Assembly: GCA_045643205.1 (NCBI GenBank)
Contig: JAZUKI010000003.1
Location: 190,732 to 254,731 of the forward strand
Direction: 5' to 3'
Origin: Clostridia bacterium
GTDB taxonomy: Bacteria > Bacillota > Clostridia > TANB77 > CAG-508
Length of the DNA stretch: 64,000 nucleotides
The position numbers and the translations under genes were made by a program. Positions 37,408-48,337 of this stretch are shown here, in pieces. Below the pieces are notes generated by a model. The model saw only the letters and a program-made list of their open reading frames with translations. It was not told the origin of the DNA and did not search any database. Every line of letters starts with the position of its first letter. Positions within the stretch are counted from its first letter, which is position 1.

Positions 37408-40323
37408 ATGCTTAACAAAATACATTTGAAAAATAAAATGCATATATTATTAGTTGTTAGTTTTATAAGTGTAGCTATAATTTCTTTCTTTTTTATGACT
37501 AATAAATCATATGCAGATACAACTGATTGGAGTATTCCAGGTTATAATGGTGACATGGAAGCAGATGAAAAAGTAAATGCAGATGAACCAAAAAACAAAT
37601 ATAGAATTGGAATAGATGATATTGTTTACAATAGAGTTCCATTATTTGATGTTAATGTTTTTAATGATAAACCAGGTGGAAAAAATATAGATAAGAATAG
37701 TCCATTATTCTTTTTGAGAACATTAGTAGCAAATTGGTTTGTGCTAGGAATGAATTTGTCATTAGCAGTAATGATAATAATCATTATATATACAGGTATT
37801 AGAATGGCTTTGAGTACTATTGCTGAGAAACAGGCTGAGTACAAAGAAATGTTATTTAATTTTGTTAAAGCCATAGCTAAGATATTTATGTTGGCTGCAA
37901 TTATGGCTTTAATAATGAATATATCACAATATTTAACAAGTTTATTTGCTGAAAAAGGTCCAGATCCTGATTCAATTGTAGGCGGTAGAAATTTATATGT
38001 AACAATGGTAACAAGAGCTTTAGGAAGTATAAGTTTTAAAGCAAAACTTCCAGCAGCTATATTGTTCTTTGGATTAACATTAACATTCTTTAAATTTTGC
38101 TATAGATATGTAAAAAGAATGTTAAATGTTTATTTATTAATAATTATTGCACCAGTATTAGTTGCAAAAGATGCATATGAAGGTACAAGCGGAAAACAAG
38201 GAAAAACATTTTCTGCATGGCTTCAAGAGTTTACATTAAATGTAGCATTGCAACCAGCTCATGCTTTAATCTATACATCATTAGTTTATGTAGCATTAGA
38301 TAATGCAACAAATGATGTTATGAGTTTTTTAGTAGCAGTATTAATTTTAAATTTCATGATTACTGCAGATAAAATTTTCTTTAAAATATTTAACATGAGA
38401 TTTACAAAGGGACCAGGCTCATCAGGAGCAGCAGATGCTTTAACTGAAGGTGTAAAGATGTATGCGGGTGTTCAAGCTGCTAAAGAAGGTGCTAAGTTAT
38501 ATGGCAAAACAGTTAAAGGAACAGCTGAAGTTGTTAAACGTACAGGTAGAGTTGTTGGTGGAACAGCTAAAAATGTTTCAAACAAAATAGCAAGTATGGA
38601 TAATGGACTTGGTGAAAAGATTAGAACGAAGAGAACAGATAAAAGTCTAAGAAAAGCAGATAAAGAAAAAGAGAAGAGATTGGATGAAAAAACACCAAGC
38701 GGATTCTTAGATACTTTAAATGCTATTACTGAAAAGAAAAATAAACATAAAAGAGAAAAGAGTGCTGATAGAGCTGAAAGACAAATACAAAATCTTGAAC
38801 AAATTGAAGAAGGAAATGGAATTGCTGGACATATGCCAACAACTCTTAGAAATTATATAACAGATGCTAAAACTGACAAAGCAATAAAGTCTTTAGGAAA
38901 TGCTAGAAAACCAAGTAATGGAGACAAGAATTTTATATCTCAAATGGCTGAATTAAGAAGACTTTCAAAGAGAAATGATGAGACAGGAAGAATCACAAGA
39001 AAACTTCTTAAAATGAAGAAAGAACATGAAATAAAGAAATTTAAGTATGTTGCAGGATCAGTTGCTGGTGTAGCCGGTCAAGCACTTGCATTATTTGCAG
39101 CACCAGGATTAGTTGCTGCAGATGAATCTGACATGGCATTAATGGGAATAACAGCAACAATGGGAAATACAACATCAGCAGTAGCTAAGCATTATTATTA
39201 TAGAAGAAATGCTAAAGATGAATTATTTGCACAACGTAGTTTTGAAGATACATTACAATCATTAAGGAATGCTAATACGGATTTAGGAACACTTCAAGCA
39301 AAATTTGATGCCATTGAAGCACATGACAGAGATGCACGTAGAGACACATACATAAAGATGTCAGCATACAGTGAATTAAAATTAGATGAGCATACATTAA
39401 GAGTAATGTTAAATGCTTATATAATGAAAAGTGGAGAAAAAACATTAGATCAAGCAAGATTAGAAGAGTTAATAGATAGAGTATTAACTGATAGTGGAGT
39501 AAAAGATTTAGGTATAAATGCAGATAGAATTAAATCATCATTAATGGCAGAGATGCTTAATTCACAAGTTAATAATAGAGTTAATGCAAAATTTGGAGAT
39601 GCCTTAAATGCAGGACTTGAAGAAGGAAAGACTAAAAATAAATTTACAGAAGGTGAAGTAGTAAATTTAGCTAAAGATGCTGTAAAAGGTGAAGATTTAT
39701 CTGAATTAACAGAAAAGCAATTAGTAAGAATGATAGATGATGCTATTGATAGAGCGAATATTGAGAATGCAGATGATGTTTCTAGAAAAGCACATGATGA
39801 AATATTAAAATTAGCAAATGAACAAAAAGAAAGCAAATTTACTAAGAAGATACAAAACATTGTAAAAAATAATTCATCTGAAGATGCAATAAAAGAAATA
39901 GAAGATATGGCAGAAGATTTAATTAAAGCATTGGCAATAGAGAATGAAGCTGATAAAGATAAGTATGTAAATATAATTCTTAATCAACTTGATTCAAAAG
40001 AATCAATAACATCAGAGCAAAGAGCTGAAATTAAAGAAAAAGTTGAAGAAAAGATTGCTGAAGCTATAAATGAAAATTACAGAGAAAGAGACAAAGAAAG
40101 AATAGATAGAAATTCTGCTGTTTCTGCATTTGCTTTAAATGAAAAGAAATTAGTAGAAGAAGAATTAAATCAATTAGATGATACAGATGTTTTATCAAAA
40201 GATGTTAGAGATGCGATTGACGCAATTAAAAATAATGTTAAACATGAAAAAACAAAGAAGAGATCAATTGGAACAATAACAGATTTAGATAGACAATTAA
40301 GACATATGAGAGATATTTTATAA
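37408..40323 (+). CDS. VirB6/TrbL-like protein with a long charged tail (paralogue 2)
   Basis: IYTGIRMAL..IAEKQAEYKEML and Y.KR...IIAPV...W.QEF...LQPAH. Confidence 0.65.
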   Translation: MLNKIHLKNKMHILLVVSFISVAIISFFFMTNKSYADTTDWSIPGYNGDMEADEKVNADEPKNKYRIGIDDIVYNRVPLFDVNVFNDKPGGKNIDKNSPLFFLRTLVANWFVLGMNLSLAVMIIIIIYTGIRMALSTIAEKQAEYKEMLFNFVKAIAKIFMLAAIMALIMNISQYLTSLFAEKGPDPDSIVGGRNLYVTMVTRALGSISFKAKLPAAILFFGLTLTFFKFCYRYVKRMLNVYLLIIIAPVLVAKDAYEGTSGKQGKTFSAWLQEFTLNVALQPAHALIYTSLVYVALDNATNDVMSFLVAVLILNFMITADKIFFKIFNMRFTKGPGSSGAADALTEGVKMYAGVQAAKEGAKLYGKTVKGTAEVVKRTGRVVGGTAKNVSNKIASMDNGLGEKIRTKRTDKSLRKADKEKEKRLDEKTPSGFLDTLNAITEKKNKHKREKSADRAERQIQNLEQIEEGNGIAGHMPTTLRNYITDAKTDKAIKSLGNARKPSNGDKNFISQMAELRRLSKRNDETGRITRKLLKMKKEHEIKKFKYVAGSVAGVAGQALALFAAPGLVAADESDMALMGITATMGNTTSAVAKHYYYRRNAKDELFAQRSFEDTLQSLRNANTDLGTLQAKFDAIEAHDRDARRDTYIKMSAYSELKLDEHTLRVMLNAYIMKSGEKTLDQARLEELIDRVLTDSGVKDLGINADRIKSSLMAEMLNSQVNNRVNAKFGDALNAGLEEGKTKNKFTEGEVVNLAKDAVKGEDLSELTEKQLVRMIDDAIDRANIENADDVSRKAHDEILKLANEQKESKFTKKIQNIVKNNSSEDAIKEIEDMAEDLIKALAIENEADKDKYVNIILNQLDSKESITSEQRAEIKEKVEEKIAEAINENYRERDKERIDRNSAVSAFALNEKKLVEEELNQLDDTDVLSKDVRDAIDAIKNNVKHEKTKKRSIGTITDLDRQLRHMRDIL

Positions 40324-40353
40324 AATAAAAGAAAGGTAAACAAGGTATATTAA

Positions 40354-42411
40354 GTGGCAATTAAAAGCAATAAAAAAACAATCAAAAAAATAATAAAAAT
40401 TGTTTCAATAATATTAGTTATTGTGACATTAATAAACTTTGTTTGCCCTTTAGTTAGTGAAGCTAAAGTAGATGAATCATTGGCAACATCAGCTGTAAAG
40501 ATTGTTAATAATATTTTAGATGGTCTTCTAGGATTATTAACATGGCCTTTTAGATTGTTGATACTTTTAATGGGAAAAGGCATAGAAGCAGTATTAGCTG
40601 CTTTTGTACCAGGATCAGGAAAAGTAACTATAGAAGGCATTTTATTTAACAAAGTAGATGTTTTATCTATAGATTTTATGAATATTGATGGAACTGCATA
40701 TATGCCAGCTAAAGTATTGAGACAAAATGTTGCAGCATGGTATATAGGTATTAGAAATTTATCAGCAGCAGTTTTAGTTATAATTTGCATATATACAGGA
40801 ATTAGAATGGCTTTAGCTACAGCATCTGATAAGGCAAAGTATAAAGAGATGCTTATTAACTGGATAAGCAGTGTCGCATTATTGTTTGTATTGCATTATG
40901 TTATGGCAGGAGTAATAACACTTAATAATATTGTAGTAAAAGCTATTGGAAGTGGTATTGCAAAAGCAGATGGAAGTAGTGCTATAAATATTTTATCAGA
41001 TAATTTTTTCGATAATGCATTATGGCGGATTAGTTTTGCTGAAACAACGGCATATTCAGTATGTTATTTAACATTAGTATTTATGACATTTACATTTATA
41101 ATAATGTATATGAAACGTTTGATAACTATTGCATTTTTGATGATTATATCACCATTAGTAACGATAACTTATTCAATAGATAAAATGGGTGATGGAAAAG
41201 CACAAGGATTAAACAACTGGTTTAAAGAATTTACTTATAATATAATAATTCAACCTTTTCATTGTATTGCATATGCAGCATTAGGAGGAATGGCAACAAC
41301 TCTTGCATCATCAAAAGGAGCAGGACTAGCAGAAGGCGTAGCATGTATTATAATAATTGGATTTATATTAAAATCAGAAAAAATATTAAAAACAATTTTC
41401 CATATGCAGTCAGATTCTATGATGGATGCAATAAGTTCTGCAGCAATTGCAGCTAATATATCAAATAGAGCAATGCAATTCAGTAAACAAGTTACAGGAA
41501 GCGTTAAACAAGGAATTAAAGCAAATAAAGCTAATAGTGAAGAAATTAGAAAAGTTAAAGATGAAATTAGAATTGCCAAAGGCAAAACAACAAGAGCAGA
41601 AGTTAATGCTAAAAATGAAAAGAGAAAAGCAGCACAAAAATCAAGAGCAGATAAGAAGAAAGAATTTCAAGATAAACATCCAAAGATTTCTGGATTCTCA
41701 AGAGATTTACTTGCATTCCAAGGCGATTTAAATGCAACATTGTTTAATGGAGCAACAGCATTTTCTATTGGACTTTCACAAGGTGATGAAAATGCAGCTA
41801 TCATGGTTGGATTAAAACAAGGAGAAGCTGCACATAAGGAAAGAAAAAAACAAAGTCAAGAATTTAAACAATCTGCATTACAACATAAAATGGCAAAGGC
41901 ATATAATGATTATAGAAATAATGAAATTACTAATATAACAAATGGTTTGAAGAAAGATCCAAACTTTATAAAGATGAAAGAGAAGGATCAAACAGAATTA
42001 ATTGAAAGAACATTTGATAGAAAAGTTCAAGATTTAATGAATAAAGGTACAGTTATTAATACTGATTTTGAAAACAATAAAGAAGAAATTAGTTTAGTCC
42101 ATGCAATGGATGAATTACAACACGAATTAGAAAGACAAGGAATGAGCGGAGATAACGCAATGAAACAAGTTCAAGGTGTTGTTGCAAAAATTGGACGAGG
42201 CGAAATAGGTGAAACAACTAATAGAGATATATCATTTAGAGTAGGTGAAAGAGAAATTAATGTACCTCTAGGAACAATATCAGATTATGAATTTGGTGAT
42301 ATGGATGTAGGCGGACAAGAAACAAATACTGAAATAATAGAAAGAAGCATAAAAGAAATGCCAGCTGCAAAAAATAATGCAAAATCTAAAAATAGTAAAA
42401 ACAAAAAATAA
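40354..42411 (+). CDS. VirB6/TrbL-like protein (paralogue 3)
   Basis: WYIGIRN and SPLVTITYSIDKMGDGKAQ..NNWFKEF...IQPFH. Confidence 0.65.
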   Translation: MAIKSNKKTIKKIIKIVSIILVIVTLINFVCPLVSEAKVDESLATSAVKIVNNILDGLLGLLTWPFRLLILLMGKGIEAVLAAFVPGSGKVTIEGILFNKVDVLSIDFMNIDGTAYMPAKVLRQNVAAWYIGIRNLSAAVLVIICIYTGIRMALATASDKAKYKEMLINWISSVALLFVLHYVMAGVITLNNIVVKAIGSGIAKADGSSAINILSDNFFDNALWRISFAETTAYSVCYLTLVFMTFTFIIMYMKRLITIAFLMIISPLVTITYSIDKMGDGKAQGLNNWFKEFTYNIIIQPFHCIAYAALGGMATTLASSKGAGLAEGVACIIIIGFILKSEKILKTIFHMQSDSMMDAISSAAIAANISNRAMQFSKQVTGSVKQGIKANKANSEEIRKVKDEIRIAKGKTTRAEVNAKNEKRKAAQKSRADKKKEFQDKHPKISGFSRDLLAFQGDLNATLFNGATAFSIGLSQGDENAAIMVGLKQGEAAHKERKKQSQEFKQSALQHKMAKAYNDYRNNEITNITNGLKKDPNFIKMKEKDQTELIERTFDRKVQDLMNKGTVINTDFENNKEEISLVHAMDELQHELERQGMSGDNAMKQVQGVVAKIGRGEIGETTNRDISFRVGEREINVPLGTISDYEFGDMDVGGQETNTEIIERSIKEMPAAKNNAKSKNSKNKK

Positions 42412-42462
42412 AATAAAAATAAAAATTAAAATTAAAAAAGATTAAAAGCAAAGGAATTATAA

Positions 42463-44520
42463 ATGGAATTATTTAAAAACTCAAAAAAGTTAATAAAAAT
42501 GATTGCATTAATATTGTTAATTATAACAGTATTTAATTTCCTATGCACATCAGGAATAAATGTTTATGCAGCAGATGGAGAAGTCACATATGATACAAGC
42601 AATAGTATATTAGGTGGAATAGCAGATGGAATTATAGGTTTCTTAACACTACCAATGAGAATGCTAATAGTTTTAGCAGGTGGAGCAATAGATTTACTGG
42701 CAGATTTATTTATTGAACCGGGACAAGATGTTGATGTTGAAGCAATTTTATTTAATAAAATAGATTTAACCTCAGTAGACTTTTTTAACAATACATCAAA
42801 AAATACTGTTGTCAAAGCTTTAAAAGAAAATGTAGCAGCTTGGTATATAGCAATGAGAAATATTGCAATTGCATTCTTAATAATAATTTGCATTTATGTT
42901 GGAATTAGAATGGCAACGTCTACTGTTGCAGATGAAAAAGCACAATATAAGCGAATGCTGGTAGATTGGGTTGCAAGCTTAGCATTAGTATTTGTAATAC
43001 ATTACATAATGATAGGAATTGTTCAATTAAATAAAATATTAATAAAAGCAATTGAAGGAGCATCAGTTGATGGAGTATCAATTGTAGGACTAACAGATGA
43101 ATTTAGATCAAGTGCATTTTCAATAATGTTTATTAAAGGAACAACAAGTGCAATAACATATTTTATATTAGAATTAATGACATTAACAGTTTTATTAATG
43201 TATATAAAGCGTATGATTACAGTAGCATTTTTAATGATGATAGCACCATTAGTAACAATTACTTATTCAATAGATAAAATGGGTGATGGAAAAGCACAAG
43301 CATTAAATACATGGTTAAAAGAATTTGCGTATACAATATTAATTCAACCATTTCACTGTTTGGCTTTTGCAGCTTTAGGAGGAGTAGCGAAACAAATAGT
43401 TAATGCCAATGGAGTACATGATCTTATGGCATGCGTATTTGTTATATTATTAATAACTTTTATTTTACAATCAGAAAAAATTGTTAAAAAGATATTCCAC
43501 TTTGAATCATCATCAGTACAAGATGTATTAGCTTCTGCTGCTATAGCATCTACATTATTAGATAAAGGAAGAGGATTTGCAAAAGCAACAGCTGGAGCAG
43601 CAAATGCTGCAAAAGAGCTAAAAGGCAGTATGCCAGTATTTAAAGAAAGAATAAAAAATAATAATGGTGATGGTGGAGAAAGTAAACCATTACCAAAACC
43701 AGAGAAGAAACCTGAAAAGAAGAAAGAAAAACCAATAGATTATAATAATTTAACTGACATAGAAAGAAAAGCAAAATTAAGAGAACTAAAAAATCAAAAG
43801 TTAAGATTACAAACTGGTGCTACTAAAAAAGAATTAGCACTTAGAGCTTTCTTGGGAGCAAATAAAATTGGATTTTCTACAGCTATGGGAGTAGGACTTG
43901 GTGCTTCAACAGGAAGTGATCAAGCAGTCTTTACAAAAGGATTTCAAGATTTTACTAATTCTACAGTAGATACAATGAGAAAAGGAAAAGAATTTTCAAA
44001 AGGAAGATTAAAACATGAGATAGCTAAATCATATAATACTGCTAGAGAAGGAGTAATGGACCAAGTAAAAGAACAATATTACGGTTTAGGAAAAGATAAA
44101 GGAAAGAATCAAATAGAACAACAAAAAGAAATTGAAAAAATATTTGATGACAGAATGAAAGGCTTATTAACAGGTAAAACAAAAATAGAAACAGCAAGTG
44201 ATGAAGAAAAAGATTTAGCAAAACTATTAAATGAAATGAAAGGCTCATTAATAATGGATGGACAAAAATCTAATGCTGCAATTGATGAATGTTTGTCATT
44301 ATTAAAAGAGATAGAAGCAGGAGAAGTTAGTGAAGTTTGGAGCGGAGAAGGAGCTGGAGCAATTCCAACATATTTCTTAGGTGACAAATCTCATACTAGA
44401 AATACAAGTCGTGAAATAGCAGACTTAAAATATGATTATGATAAATTTACAGGAAAAAATAAATTTCGGACAGATCAAGGACCTGAATCATTAAATCCGG
44501 GTGATACAAAAAATAGTTAA
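42463..44520 (+). CDS. VirB6/TrbL-like protein (paralogue 4)
   Basis: WYIAMRN and APLVTITYSIDKMGDGKAQ..NTWLKEF...IQPFH. Confidence 0.65.
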   Translation: MELFKNSKKLIKMIALILLIITVFNFLCTSGINVYAADGEVTYDTSNSILGGIADGIIGFLTLPMRMLIVLAGGAIDLLADLFIEPGQDVDVEAILFNKIDLTSVDFFNNTSKNTVVKALKENVAAWYIAMRNIAIAFLIIICIYVGIRMATSTVADEKAQYKRMLVDWVASLALVFVIHYIMIGIVQLNKILIKAIEGASVDGVSIVGLTDEFRSSAFSIMFIKGTTSAITYFILELMTLTVLLMYIKRMITVAFLMMIAPLVTITYSIDKMGDGKAQALNTWLKEFAYTILIQPFHCLAFAALGGVAKQIVNANGVHDLMACVFVILLITFILQSEKIVKKIFHFESSSVQDVLASAAIASTLLDKGRGFAKATAGAANAAKELKGSMPVFKERIKNNNGDGGESKPLPKPEKKPEKKKEKPIDYNNLTDIERKAKLRELKNQKLRLQTGATKKELALRAFLGANKIGFSTAMGVGLGASTGSDQAVFTKGFQDFTNSTVDTMRKGKEFSKGRLKHEIAKSYNTAREGVMDQVKEQYYGLGKDKGKNQIEQQKEIEKIFDDRMKGLLTGKTKIETASDEEKDLAKLLNEMKGSLIMDGQKSNAAIDECLSLLKEIEAGEVSEVWSGEGAGAIPTYFLGDKSHTRNTSREIADLKYDYDKFTGKNKFRTDQGPESLNPGDTKNS

Positions 44521-44531
44521 AAGGAAAAAAT

Positions 44532-46733
44532 ATGAATTTTATGACAAGACATAAGAAATTAATAAAAGTATTAGTAGCAATGTTAGTTATTATAACAGTG
44601 TTTAATTTCTTATGTCCTTTTGCCAATGCTGACAAAACAGAGGAAATGGAGAAAGAATCAAAAGAAACATTTTCTTTAGGTAAATCAGTAGATGGAATAT
44701 TAGGTATTCTATTAATAGGAGGGAGAATACATTTGTCTGCTATAGGCGAGGCAATGGACTTAGTATTAACATCGTTTAATAATTTTGAAAAACTAGATAT
44801 TAGTACTATTTTATTTAATCATGTTGAATTAACAGATGTTAACTTTTTTAACATAAATGGTGCTTCTAGTAATGTAATAAAAACACTAAGAACATCAATT
44901 TCAGGATGGTATATAGGCATTAGAAATGTGGCAGCAGCATTATTAGTAATTGTTTGTATTTATGTAGGAATTAGACTCGCATTAGCATTAACAGGAGAAG
45001 AAAAAGCAAAGTACAAACAAATGCTAATAGATTGGGTTACTAGTGTAGCATTACTATTTATTTTACATTATTTAATGCTGTTTATTATAACGTTGAATAA
45101 TGTAATTGTAAAAGGAATAGAATCTGGTATAGTTAATGGTATAGGAGCAGAATCAATAAGTGAATTATCAGATCAATTCTTTGTATTTACTTGGGTTACA
45201 CCTGAAGGTGGATTCCAATGGTCATTTATAGCAGGAACAATAAATGCAATTTTATACTTAGTATTAAAAATAATGACATTAGTATTTTTAATAACATACA
45301 TAAAACGTATGGTAACAATAGGATTCTTAATTGTAATAGCACCATTAGTTACAATTACATATTCAATAGATAAAATCAGCGATGGAAAAGCGCAAGGAAT
45401 GAATACATGGTTTAGAGAATTTTCATACAATGTATTAATTCAACCATTCCAATGTATTATATTTGCAGCGTTAGCATCAATAGCGAGTGTATTAGCAAAC
45501 ACAGCGACAGTGACATCAGGTTTTATGGCATTGTTTTTATTAATATTTATATTTGAAGCAGAAAAATTAGTTAAGCATATTTTCCATTTCCAATCAAGTT
45601 CATTAGGAGATGCAATAACTTCTGCAGTACTTGCAGCATCAGTTGCACAAAAAAGTATGGCATTTGCTGAACAAGTTAAAGGCAAAGCTGAGAGTAGAAT
45701 TGCTGCTAGTAGCAAGGTAAGACCAGAATTCAAGAAAGAACAACAAAGCAAAAAATACATGAAGTTAAAAGAAGGAAATCATAATAAGAGAGCAGCTTTA
45801 TATAGAAAGAGACTTCAAGCACAAAAGAAAATTGGAAAAGGAATTAAAGCTATTGACAGCAAGATTAATAATAATAGAGTTCTAAAATTAGGAAGAAGTA
45901 TTGGAAGAGGTGCATATAGATTAACTTCAAAGGCTAATAATATAATTGTTAAAGCAGGAATGGGATTTGCAATAGCTGGAGCTATGGGACAGGATGAAGT
46001 AGCAGTAGGATCAGCAATAGGACAAGGATTTAAAGCAGGAAAAGAAAACATAGCTAAAGAAAAAGCATATTATTCAGGAGCACAAAAACATAAAATTGCA
46101 AGAGCTTACAATGATATGAAAGATGAGGAATTAGCACAAATTACACAAGATTATCTTGCAAGCGGAAAGAATGCAGGAAAAACAGAAGCTCAACAAGCAG
46201 AAGAAATTGATAAGATATTTAATGATAAAGTTATGGATTTATTTACAGGTGCAGAAACAGCTGTAACAGCAAAACAAAATAAATTATTATCAAGTATGAA
46301 AGATTACGGAAACTTCTTAGCAGTTCAAGGAAAAGGAAGAGATGACCAATTTGATGAACTAGAAAAAATTATTGATGGAATTGATTCAGGAAATATCGGA
46401 GAATTATGGTCAGGTGATGATGCAGCAGGATTTGGAGTAATACCAACATACCAATTAGGTGAGATTAATAGAGGTGCAGGAAGATCACATAAAACAATTA
46501 TAAAAGAAACAATAGAAGGTGCACCAAGAAATCCAAAGACAAATAAAGCATCACCAGAAGATATAGTAGAAAGATTTGGAGTAGAAAAGGCAGGAACAAA
46601 AAAATCAGGAGCAAGTGCAACAAGAGGAGTTATTAAAAAAGATAATGAACAAAGAAAGTTTAAAAGCGGAGAAGATATAAATTTCGCAGCATTAGATGCA
46701 GAAGTTGAGAAAAAGAAAAAAGGTAAAAAATAA
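44532..46733 (+). CDS. VirB6/TrbL-like protein (paralogue 5)
   Basis: WYIGIRN and APLVTITYSIDKISDGKAQ..NTWFREF...IQPFQ. Confidence 0.65.
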   Translation: MNFMTRHKKLIKVLVAMLVIITVFNFLCPFANADKTEEMEKESKETFSLGKSVDGILGILLIGGRIHLSAIGEAMDLVLTSFNNFEKLDISTILFNHVELTDVNFFNINGASSNVIKTLRTSISGWYIGIRNVAAALLVIVCIYVGIRLALALTGEEKAKYKQMLIDWVTSVALLFILHYLMLFIITLNNVIVKGIESGIVNGIGAESISELSDQFFVFTWVTPEGGFQWSFIAGTINAILYLVLKIMTLVFLITYIKRMVTIGFLIVIAPLVTITYSIDKISDGKAQGMNTWFREFSYNVLIQPFQCIIFAALASIASVLANTATVTSGFMALFLLIFIFEAEKLVKHIFHFQSSSLGDAITSAVLAASVAQKSMAFAEQVKGKAESRIAASSKVRPEFKKEQQSKKYMKLKEGNHNKRAALYRKRLQAQKKIGKGIKAIDSKINNNRVLKLGRSIGRGAYRLTSKANNIIVKAGMGFAIAGAMGQDEVAVGSAIGQGFKAGKENIAKEKAYYSGAQKHKIARAYNDMKDEELAQITQDYLASGKNAGKTEAQQAEEIDKIFNDKVMDLFTGAETAVTAKQNKLLSSMKDYGNFLAVQGKGRDDQFDELEKIIDGIDSGNIGELWSGDDAAGFGVIPTYQLGEINRGAGRSHKTIIKETIEGAPRNPKTNKASPEDIVERFGVEKAGTKKSGASATRGVIKKDNEQRKFKSGEDINFAALDAEVEKKKKGKK

Positions 46734-46745
46734 TCAATGGAGTAA

Positions 46746-47312
46746 ATGATGGATAAAGATCAAAAAAAATGGATGTTTATTTTAATAATATTAATATTAA
46801 TACTTTTAAATGTAGCAATGTTAATAAATGAAATAAATTTAATCAATAGTGAAGATAAGAATAAAATTTCTAATGAGGTTACTACAGGAGAGAATAATGA
46901 GGTAAAAACTGATTTAGAAAAACATATTGAAGAACAAGAAGAAAATATAAGAGTTCAATATTATGTAGCAAAGTTCTTAGAACTTATAGAAGATAAAGAT
47001 TATCAAAAAGCATATGATTTATTAAATGAAGATTTTAAGAAAAATAATTTTGATACAATAGAAAAATTCCAAGAATTTTGTAAGATTTATCCTGAAAAAG
47101 ATGGAATATGCAAATACGATGATTTTGATAGAATAGGATCTTCATTATATGTTATTACAGTTACAATTAATCAACTAGATACAGAAACATATAAACCTAT
47201 CAAACAAAATTTTGTAATTAGAGAAAATAATTATAATGATTTTAGAGTATCATTACAAATGGATTATTCATATGTAAAAGATGAAGTTAGTGAAGGTAAT
47301 GTTGTAAAATAA
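46746..47312 (+). CDS. Bitopic membrane protein, possibly VirB8/NTF2-like
   Basis: N-terminal TM helix; F...IEDKDYQKAYDLL helix followed by beta strands. Confidence 0.5.
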   Translation: MMDKDQKKWMFILIILILILLNVAMLINEINLINSEDKNKISNEVTTGENNEVKTDLEKHIEEQEENIRVQYYVAKFLELIEDKDYQKAYDLLNEDFKKNNFDTIEKFQEFCKIYPEKDGICKYDDFDRIGSSLYVITVTINQLDTETYKPIKQNFVIRENNYNDFRVSLQMDYSYVKDEVSEGNVVK

Positions 47313-47346
47313 AGTTTACTAATGAAGATAAAGAAAAGGAGAAAAG

Positions 47347-48306
47347 ATGAATTTAAACGCTAGATTTCTATTAGCAGTAAATAAATTCTTTAGGAAAAAT
47401 GGAAGAATTGTTGCAGTTGCTATTATAGTTATAATAATTTTACTATTACTTAATAATATGATGAAAAACAAGCAAGATAATAATGGTAATATTTCTTCAT
47501 ATAATCCAGATAAACCAATTATGGATGAAGGAGGAAAAGTTCCTTCAGGAGAAAGAGATATAGTAAAGAAAACTATAGATGATTTCTTTAATTATTGTAA
47601 TAATAAAGATTATGAAAATGCATATAAATATTTAATGAGTGATTCAAAAGATTATTATTTTTATAATAATGTTGAATTATTTAAAGGATATGTTGATTCA
47701 TTTTTTGGTACTAAGAAAATATATGAATTACAAAATTACTCAAATAAAGATGGAAATTATATATACACTATAAAGATAACAGACAATATTGAAGTGACAG
47801 GTGCAACAGGTGGATATCAAGGAATAGAAGATAAATGGGTTGTAAGAAAAGCTAAAGAAGGAAAAGACGAAGGTGTTGATGGTTATTGCTTATCACCACA
47901 TGGATATATTGGCAAAAAAGAACTTTCATATGTTGCAGAAGATGAAAATATAAGAGTTGAAATAACATCAAGAGATCAATCATATTCTAAAGTTGGATAT
48001 AATGTAAAAATTACTAATAAAACAGATTATTACATAGCATTATGTACTGGAACAAGTTATCAAGAAATCACATTAGTTGTTGGTGGTGAAGAAAGAGGCT
48101 TAGTAAATACAGGTATTGCTTTAGTTTTAGAACCAGACAGTACAATTATTCAACCTCTAATATTTGAAAATTTATATGATTCAGAAAAAAGTACAAGCAA
48201 ATTAAAATTTAATTTAGTAAGATTAAATGAAAAAGAAGAAGATTGTTATAGTGAAAATGGAACTTCAAATAAAAAATATAGTTTCAATATGGATTTAAAA
48301 GAATAA
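47347..48306 (+). CDS. Bitopic membrane protein, possibly VirB8/NTF2-like with an extra beta domain
   Basis: N-terminal TM helix; FFNYCNNKDYENAYKYL parallels 46746. Confidence 0.5.
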   Translation: MNLNARFLLAVNKFFRKNGRIVAVAIIVIIILLLLNNMMKNKQDNNGNISSYNPDKPIMDEGGKVPSGERDIVKKTIDDFFNYCNNKDYENAYKYLMSDSKDYYFYNNVELFKGYVDSFFGTKKIYELQNYSNKDGNYIYTIKITDNIEVTGATGGYQGIEDKWVVRKAKEGKDEGVDGYCLSPHGYIGKKELSYVAEDENIRVEITSRDQSYSKVGYNVKITNKTDYYIALCTGTSYQEITLVVGGEERGLVNTGIALVLEPDSTIIQPLIFENLYDSEKSTSKLKFNLVRLNEKEEDCYSENGTSNKKYSFNMDLKE

Positions 48307-48337
48307 GAAATATAACAATTAGAGAAAGGAAAAATCA

